Positions 58,102 through 64,000 of a stretch of DNA of 64,000 nucleotides are shown piece by piece; the first letter of the stretch is position 1; each line of letters opens with the position of its first letter. The notes under the pieces were generated by a model that saw nothing but the letters and a program-made list of their open reading frames with translations, was not told where the DNA came from and did not search any database. Made by a program: the position numbers and the translations under genes. This stretch comes from an uncultured virus (IMG/VR IMGVR_UViG_3300006924_000001). Lineage: Duplodnaviria > Heunggongvirae > Uroviricota > Caudoviricetes. The stretch lies in IMG/VR virus record IMGVR_UViG_3300006924_000001; one strand, written 5' to 3'.

Positions 58102-58506
58102 ATGAGCGCAACGAATCGTCGTGTGCGACGAGCCATTCTCGAAATACTTTGGGAAGGCGGACCAATGACGAAAGAAGATGTTGCCGTCGCTCTCGGAGAA
58201 AAGAAAGGGGTGAACCACATCCCTTCGCCTCACTCGCTTTCCGCACTACTGTGCAAGTCCCATTCGGTTATCACGGTCGGCAAGCGCAAGGTCGAGAATA
58301 TCCTCGGCCACCGTTCGTCGCATTCGTTATACGACTTGGACCGTGAAGTAGTATTGTCGAAAGACGAAATCAAGTTCATCCGTGAACCTTCGACCATGAC
58401 TCCAACGGAGCGCAGACAAGCCGTGAAGTGTGTGGCTTGTGGTCGAACTCGCATCTTTCCTCCGAACTCCGAGGAATGTTTGCATTGTGGTCGAATATCC
58501 GTTTAG
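58102..58506 (+). CDS. Winged helix (DUF3860-like?) plus C-terminal Zn ribbon
   Basis: GPMTKEDV...HIPSPHSLSALL.K....TVG; CVAC...CLHC. Confidence 0.65.
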   Translation: MSATNRRVRRAILEILWEGGPMTKEDVAVALGEKKGVNHIPSPHSLSALLCKSHSVITVGKRKVENILGHRSSHSLYDLDREVVLSKDEIKFIREPSTMTPTERRQAVKCVACGRTRIFPPNSEECLHCGRISV

Positions 58507-58530
58507 TCGGGCCACCACAACCTTTATAAG
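58502..58530 (+). promoter_or_regulatory. Box-BRE-TATA promoter
   Basis: TTTAGTCGGGCCACCACAACCTTTATAAG. Confidence 0.75.
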
Positions 58531-58563
58531 CCCAGCCGTCTATGTATATTTAGAGGCAGGGAG

Positions 58564-58788
58564 ATGCGAGCCAAGACAGTACCACATGTTGAATACGAGA
58601 TTTTGAAAGAGGTGTTGAATAACATACCTCTCGATGAAGTCGAGGATAACATGGTTGACTGTCCGGTGACCGAGAAGCGTTTCACAACAGCGGCCAAGAA
58701 TGTCGCTGGTTTGATTCGCAACCTTATGACCCGACGCCAGCATCGCCTGCCTCCCACACACAAGGATTACAAACAAAAGGAGGAATGA
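58564..58788 (+). CDS. Hypothetical protein
   Basis: First ORF after the promoter. Confidence 0.7.
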   Translation: MRAKTVPHVEYEILKEVLNNIPLDEVEDNMVDCPVTEKRFTTAAKNVAGLIRNLMTRRQHRLPPTHKDYKQKEE

Positions 58789-59225
58789 AACACATGAACA
58801 CAAACACAGAAAAACCGCTACACGCCTTTTCCGGCCAACGCTCGGATGTCGCTTTTATTTGCGGGGAATGCTTTACACCAATGACCTGTGACCACGGTCC
58901 GACTTGTAGCCACGATAAACTTTCGATACTCAACCCGATTATCACATGGGAGAATGTCGATGATTGGTGCGACGCCCTTGCCAGCAATTTTGCGCTTGGT
59001 CAAGGTGACCATCTTAGTGATGCTCGCCGCTTGTCACAATTCTTGCTACACCACACTCAAGCACTTTCGGACTTGAGTCGAATGTATCAATTGTCAAATT
59101 CGCCACATGTAACGGTGTCACACTTGGCTATGGACAGGTCTAAATTGCGTATGCTCGAAATGTCCATGAGCCAAAAGGTGAGTCGAATCCAGTCCATGAT
59201 TCAATTTGGGGTGATTGTCCAATGA
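58785..59225 (+). CDS. Hypothetical protein with Cys/His motif
   Basis: CGEC...C.H...C.H; GGAGG RBS. Confidence 0.65.
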   Translation: MKHMNTNTEKPLHAFSGQRSDVAFICGECFTPMTCDHGPTCSHDKLSILNPIITWENVDDWCDALASNFALGQGDHLSDARRLSQFLLHHTQALSDLSRMYQLSNSPHVTVSHLAMDRSKLRMLEMSMSQKVSRIQSMIQFGVIVQ

Positions 59226-59842
59226 GTCTTCCCGCAATACATTACAACACCTACACACAGGAAATCAAGCATCCTAAGCCGTGGCAATTGGATGAAGACG
59301 GTAAGCCGAATGTCAACGAGTTCATCATCAGCGACCCTTGCTACTACATCAAGGACTCGGAATGGTATGACTTCTGTGATGCGTGGGAAGCCGCAAGAAT
59401 GAGTCAAGGTTACGGCTCCAACCATTTCAAGTGGAAAGGTTTCAACCTCGTTATCCAATCGACGGGTGGCGACGGTTCATGGGAATACTCCGGCTTGGGA
59501 CAGAAGGCTTGGCACTGTGCTGGCAACAGTCATTGTGCTGACACAGCATCTATTTGTTGCATCCCCTTTGCTCTTTGCGACACGAACCCTTTGGAGGGCT
59601 ATGTGGGTACAGGTATCATCGGTCACACTAACTACGGCATGAGGGGTTATCCCGAAATCACTTGTGAGGGTGCTTACACCGGAGTCGGCGAACCATTTGC
59701 TATTGACGGAATAGTACAGAAGGGCTACACTCATTGTTGTGGTCAATATGTCGATGATGAACAATTTGAGTGGTGCGACAACGGCTCATGTGAAGGTTGT
59801 CAAATGTGCTTTGAATGCGATTGTGAGGGTGATGAAGAATGA
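59222..59842 (+). CDS. Conserved viral protein (DPCY...GGDG...D motif) with Cys-rich acidic tail
   Basis: IISDPCY, STGGDG, ADTASIC. Confidence 0.7.
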   Translation: MSLPAIHYNTYTQEIKHPKPWQLDEDGKPNVNEFIISDPCYYIKDSEWYDFCDAWEAARMSQGYGSNHFKWKGFNLVIQSTGGDGSWEYSGLGQKAWHCAGNSHCADTASICCIPFALCDTNPLEGYVGTGIIGHTNYGMRGYPEITCEGAYTGVGEPFAIDGIVQKGYTHCCGQYVDDEQFEWCDNGSCEGCQMCFECDCEGDEE

Positions 59843-60261
59843 GCGAAACACGAAGTCCATTCAAGGTCGGCGAGAAATTGACCGTCGCTCAAATCAAGGT
59901 GTGTGCTGGTCGTGCGCCTGTCCCCTCCAAGACCGGTGGGTTCATCATCACCGCAGTGGTGAACACTAATCATTCCAGTGGTGGCTATCTCTTCAACGCC
60001 GAGTCGGTTCGCTCCGTCAACGGTCGCAAGGTCGAAGTCGCTTGGCACCTCATGCACCCACGCCGTCGGGCCAAGAACGGAAACCAAATGGTTTCAAGGA
60101 AACAATACTTCTCGGCCTTCCGTGTACTCGTGCCGGAGGCGGAACAGAAGCCTTATACCCCTCGCAGTGAAAGGCAACATGAAGCCCCTGCGAGCAAAAC
60201 GCAACCGGCTGGGACACGAAGATACAAAGGCATCGTACTCGCAGACTTTTTGGAGGAATAA
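59839..60261 (+). CDS. Hypothetical protein
   Basis: ATGA coupling. Confidence 0.65.
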   Translation: MSETRSPFKVGEKLTVAQIKVCAGRAPVPSKTGGFIITAVVNTNHSSGGYLFNAESVRSVNGRKVEVAWHLMHPRRRAKNGNQMVSRKQYFSAFRVLVPEAEQKPYTPRSERQHEAPASKTQPAGTRRYKGIVLADFLEE

Positions 60262-60263
60262 AT

Positions 60264-60416
60264 ATGAAAATAACAGTAAGAATTGACCTAAGCCTTGACC
60301 TTGAGATTGACCTTGATGAACTCATGGGCGGGTTATCATTGAGGGACACTATCTACAACATTCTTTCGTCAAATCACATGGATGATATTGTTGACTCCAT
60401 CGAGGTGAGCGAATGA
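60264..60416 (+). CDS. Small acidic protein (50 aa)
   Basis: GGAGG RBS; MKITVRIDLSLDLEIDLDEL. Confidence 0.55.
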   Translation: MKITVRIDLSLDLEIDLDELMGGLSLRDTIYNILSSNHMDDIVDSIEVSE

Positions 60417-60853
60417 GTGTCACGCTAAGTGGCATGACGGAACTCGCCGCTACTATTGCGGGAATACGGGTTGGTAGCGAAATCAGCAGACCGTTCATTG
60501 AACAAATGTGTGACGATTGTGGCGTCGATACCGTTGTCGCATTCCTTGTGGCGTGTGAACGGAATAACAATTGGGACTGTACCCTTCAAATTGGATGGGC
60601 CAACGAAACCCGACCAAGTGAAATGTTTTGTGAAGTCAATCGAGTGATTGGGGATTTGAAGTACCTCGGTCGCCTCGAATACATTACTTTTAAGAATCTA
60701 CTTTTCCCACAGGCTACGGAAGATTACCTCGATGAGAAGTGGCTCTTGTGGAACAACGACAGACTCGGATTCATGTACTCTTGCTCAAGCGACAAGATAA
60801 GGTTGCTTTGTGACTACATCGAAATCTGCAAACATGGCGGGTGTGGCAATTGA
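60413..60853 (+). CDS. Hypothetical protein
   Basis: GAGGTGA RBS; ATGA coupling. Confidence 0.7.
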   Translation: MSVTLSGMTELAATIAGIRVGSEISRPFIEQMCDDCGVDTVVAFLVACERNNNWDCTLQIGWANETRPSEMFCEVNRVIGDLKYLGRLEYITFKNLLFPQATEDYLDEKWLLWNNDRLGFMYSCSSDKIRLLCDYIEICKHGGCGN

Positions 60854-61008
60854 TTAACAAGGTCGCACGATACTTTACTCGTCGGGTTCTTGAGTCGAAA
60901 GGTATGAGGCTTTGTCCTCTATGTGACGACGCAGTTATCGGAAACCAAGAACACGCTTGTATGATTTGTACTCTCGACGCAACCTTTGGTATTGAGGTGA
61001 AAGTATGA
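60850..61008 (+). CDS. Small Zn-finger protein (TTG start)
   Basis: CPLC...CMIC; fills an operon gap. Confidence 0.45.
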   Translation: MINKVARYFTRRVLESKGMRLCPLCDDAVIGNQEHACMICTLDATFGIEVKV

Positions 61009-61211
61009 CATACAAGGTTCTTGGTCGATGGACTCTATGCCAACATTGCGGCAGGTCTTACAGGGACAAAATCATCGGCAGAATCCCCTGCCCTCACTGC
61101 GTCAAATGCACACGACCGGAGAAGTGCTTCCCTCAATTTGAAGGTCGCCACCACTGCAAGTTATGTGCCGCACAGAAAGTGATTACCGACCTAACGGGGG
61201 AAGAGGAATGA
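61005..61211 (+). CDS. Cys-rich Zn-finger protein
   Basis: CQHC, CPHC, CKLC. Confidence 0.65.
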   Translation: MTYKVLGRWTLCQHCGRSYRDKIIGRIPCPHCVKCTRPEKCFPQFEGRHHCKLCAAQKVITDLTGEEE

Positions 61212-62113
61212 GCGTTTGGGCTACACACCACCGACCTACAAGTCTTACGGGAATAGTAGGTCAGCCGGAACTCATCGCAGAATTGCATCAAATCGTTCTC
61301 GGCGAACTGCCGATGCAACACTACCTGTTCTTCTCTCCGGAGGCTGGTACTGGCAAGACCTCCGTCGCTTATGCTCTTGCAAAGGACTTGGGTTGGCAAT
61401 TGGTTACCTTCAACGCATCCTCCAAGAGAGAGCGTGGTATCGAGTTCGTTGAGGATGTTCTCATCCCTATGACCCGAAGTGGTATTAAGGAGAGAATCTT
61501 TTTGCTCGATGAAGCAGACCAATTAACTCCCGCCGCACAGTCGGCTCTCAAGGGTGTGATTGAAAACGCTAACGGTTATTTTATTCTCACTTGCAATCGC
61601 CTTCCGATGGTTTCTCGCTGGCTACAAAGTCGGTGCCAAGTGCGTACCTTTAACCCAATACCAATCTTGGATATGACAGAACGCTTGACCTCTATTGCTG
61701 TGCAAACAGGTAACGGTGACATTTCCAAGACTTCTGTTGAGGTTATAGCAAGGGCGCACAACGGTGACTTGCGGAACGCTATCGGTGCTTTGCAAACATA
61801 CTGTGGTTTGACTGGTCGAACTGCTGAATCATTCCTCGACGGTTTGACTGCACCTCACATCGACTTCTCGAAAATGCTCATTGTATGTTTTCGGGAAAAG
61901 AACTTTGAAACAGCAGTCAAGATGTTGACAGGTGATGTTCGGTACCAAGTCCGAGCGTGTTTCCAATACGCCGTCGAATCCGGCGCAAAAGTACAGTCCA
62001 AGATGCGTGTTATTGAAGCGGCGATTACCGCCGAGCGTGACATAATCAACGGTGTGGATGAAGAGGTAGTGCGCTACAATTTTGTCCGTATGCTGGTCGG
62101 AGGGAGCCAGTAA
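61208..62113 (+). CDS. rfcS: Replication factor C small-subunit-like clamp loader
   Basis: W...HRP.SL..IVGQ, GTGKT, NASS.RG, LLDEAD, SRC and GDLRNAI. Confidence 0.92.
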   Translation: MSVWATHHRPTSLTGIVGQPELIAELHQIVLGELPMQHYLFFSPEAGTGKTSVAYALAKDLGWQLVTFNASSKRERGIEFVEDVLIPMTRSGIKERIFLLDEADQLTPAAQSALKGVIENANGYFILTCNRLPMVSRWLQSRCQVRTFNPIPILDMTERLTSIAVQTGNGDISKTSVEVIARAHNGDLRNAIGALQTYCGLTGRTAESFLDGLTAPHIDFSKMLIVCFREKNFETAVKMLTGDVRYQVRACFQYAVESGAKVQSKMRVIEAAITAERDIINGVDEEVVRYNFVRMLVGGSQ

Positions 62114-62163
62114 CAACCTTTATATCCCCACAACATGACGACAAAATACAGGAAGTGAACCTA

Positions 62164-63390
62164 ATGGTAGCATACGAACAGATGATTGAAAAAGTAGCAA
62201 AGCAAGTCGGAACTGACCCCAAGACGCTATCGGCGAAAGCCGAGGCAATCCTCGCCCAAGAAGGCGCAGGCTGGGAAGCATCCGGCAAGAACGAAGAACA
62301 ACGCAAGACTCTTGCCCTACGAGTATCGGCACGACAATTGGTGGCTGAAAAGGCAAAATTGACCCGCAGTGGCGCAACGATGTACGAAGGTATGTTCGTC
62401 AATGTCCCTCGTGAAAAGGATTGGGCTAAGATGGCTTACAACAAGATGAGCAAGACGCTCAAGGCTATGCCGGACATGGCACAACGCCTCGCTCTCGTTG
62501 GTCAAGGTGCGCTCATCATCTACGAGAACAACCACGACGGTTCGTGGACTCGTCACGCCAACCCATCTTTGTTGAACCAACAGGACTTCGCCGAAGGTAC
62601 CCGTTCCGACGAAATCACCCAAATCCCACCACGCCATGTGGTTCTTGATGCGAACACCTCGTTCTCGCTCATTTGGGACAAGGCAACCACTCACTTCGCA
62701 AACGGCAAGCCGAACTTCAAGTACGGCTCCGCTCGACCGCTTGAAGAACCCGACCGCTCGTGTCAATTCTTGGGTCGCAAGGCTGGTTCCAACGACGCAC
62801 CAAGCCTCCACGACTTCCGATACAACGGTGCTTTGGCAAAGCAATCTTGGCCGACCTTCACCACCGGTACCATCGGTATGAAGCCTGCCAACCGTGAGGG
62901 AATGGCATACGGTACGAAGGTCACTGCCTTCACCGCTGATGCTGAACTCTCTTCAATCTTCACCGCCCCACCTCTCATGGTTGATGAAAACGGTGCAAGT
63001 GGACTCGTCGCTGATTGGCTTGGGGAAACACTCATGCCTTCTCTCGACAAGTGTCACGAACACTACGGGACTCTTGACGACAAAGCAAAGTGGAACACCA
63101 CCTACGCTACCGTTGTCGAAGTCGTTCACATCGACCCTCGTGAAAACGGTGGCTTCATCGTTACCGTGGCTGATGCCGATATTATGTCGGAAACACCACC
63201 AATCGAAGTCTATGTCGGTGCCTCCGAGGAAACCTCGGTTGACTTCGGCGTTGGTTCGGAACTCGTTGTTGTTGGCTCTCCGTGGGTCACCCGTGACGGC
63301 GAGGCTCGCTTTATGACCTCCGCTTGGTGGTGCATGAACCGAATCGCTCCGCTTGCTGACACTGGCGAAGGTGACGACGGCTGGGATTGA
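62164..63390 (+). CDS. Putative OB-fold ssDNA-binding (RPA-like) protein
   Basis: C-terminal OB-like strand pattern, acidic tail ending DDGWD, own promoter at ~62115. Confidence 0.55.
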   Translation: MVAYEQMIEKVAKQVGTDPKTLSAKAEAILAQEGAGWEASGKNEEQRKTLALRVSARQLVAEKAKLTRSGATMYEGMFVNVPREKDWAKMAYNKMSKTLKAMPDMAQRLALVGQGALIIYENNHDGSWTRHANPSLLNQQDFAEGTRSDEITQIPPRHVVLDANTSFSLIWDKATTHFANGKPNFKYGSARPLEEPDRSCQFLGRKAGSNDAPSLHDFRYNGALAKQSWPTFTTGTIGMKPANREGMAYGTKVTAFTADAELSSIFTAPPLMVDENGASGLVADWLGETLMPSLDKCHEHYGTLDDKAKWNTTYATVVEVVHIDPRENGGFIVTVADADIMSETPPIEVYVGASEETSVDFGVGSELVVVGSPWVTRDGEARFMTSAWWCMNRIAPLADTGEGDDGWD

Positions 63391-63418
63391 GTCGCTATAA
63401 CTTTGGGGGGTAAAGTAA

Positions 63419-64000
63419 ATGTCAAATGTAGTTATGGGTGAGCAGGCGCAAGCCGCTCTCTTGGAAGCAATCAACCTTGTCGCTGATGCTGTTGAAGGTA
63501 CGCTGGGACCGCAAGCGAGAACTGTTCTCGTCACGCATCCCGAACGACCACCGACGGTGCTGAACGACGGCGTGAAGATTGTTTCCTCCGTCAAGTCCGA
63601 AAAGCCTGCGGTACAAGCCGCAGTGCAATTGTTCCGACAGGCCGCACTTGAGGCTCAACAGGCTTCCGGTGACGGTACTACAACGGCAACACTACTTGCT
63701 CGTGCAATCTGCAACGCATACGCCGACCATCCCAACAAAGTCCGAGCCGCCCAAGAAATCGCTCAATTCACAGACGCAACCGTTGCATACATCGAAATGC
63801 AAAGTGAAGAGATAGACTTTGGTGCGCTCACTGACGAAGATGAGTGGGATGAGTTAGAACAGCGGTTAAAGTTCGTGGCTACTGTTGCCGCTAACAACGA
63901 CGAACCTCTCGGTGAACTGGTTGCTGAAATCTTCACCGAACTCGGTCCCGACGCACTTGTCAATCTCAAGGTCGGCTCTCTCGACCACACGATTTGGTCA
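63419..64000 (+). CDS. Chaperonin (Cpn60, GroEL-like), 3' end outside the window
   Basis: My translation: ADAVEGTLGP, NDGVKI, GDGTTTAT, VATVAANND. Confidence 0.92.
   Translation, partial: MSNVVMGEQAQAALLEAINLVADAVEGTLGPQARTVLVTHPERPPTVLNDGVKIVSSVKSEKPAVQAAVQLFRQAALEAQQASGDGTTTATLLARAICNAYADHPNKVRAAQEIAQFTDATVAYIEMQSEEIDFGALTDEDEWDELEQRLKFVATVAANNDEPLGELVAEIFTELGPDALVNLKVGSLDHTIWS

Noticed and set aside
1..64000. Integrase, transposase, reverse transcriptase/DGR, inteins, rRNA
   Set aside because: No diagnostic motifs seen; PolB, TerL, MCM-like and RFC proteins show no insertion-sized excess length.

Overview
The window is a large part, probably most, of a tailed dsDNA archaeal virus genome with siphovirus architecture. 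Gene content resembles the 'magroviruses' of Marine Group II Euryarchaeota (Poseidoniales): archaeal-type PolB, PriS-PriL fusion primase, ERCC4 nuclease, Cas4-like nuclease, RFC, MCM-like ATPase, chaperonin, BRE/TATA promoters and GGAGG/GGTGA RBSs. This assignment rests on motif recognition, not a database search. Layout: replication/recombination genes on + (1-10151 and ~52.5-64 kb); a full morphogenesis operon on - (34959 to 10145); a phosphoesterase and terminase large subunit on + (35272-38519); a ~5 kb control region (38.5-43.1 kb) with four individually promoted - strand genes; and an early/anti-defence block on + (ArdA, DUF932, DenV-like, many small Zn-finger ORFs). The most unusual signals are non-coding. 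About 40 TTTAGTCG/CGACTAAA boxes lie in 2.6 kb, and the same box sits 21-22 bp upstream of the TATA box at eight promoters. Two homologous ~165-bp palindromic AT-rich elements in inverted orientation (35.0 and 53.6 kb) share a second 15-bp motif with the array. A family of 5-6 winged-helix paralogs are candidate binders. Also notable: a PolB with a YGHTDS motif C, a divergent PAC2-like gene coupled to the MCM-like gene, a -1 frameshift in the tail chaperones, Ala-Ser putative maturation sites, and apparent avoidance of GATC/AGCT/ACGT/YCWGR. No CRISPR array, tRNA or integrase was recognised.
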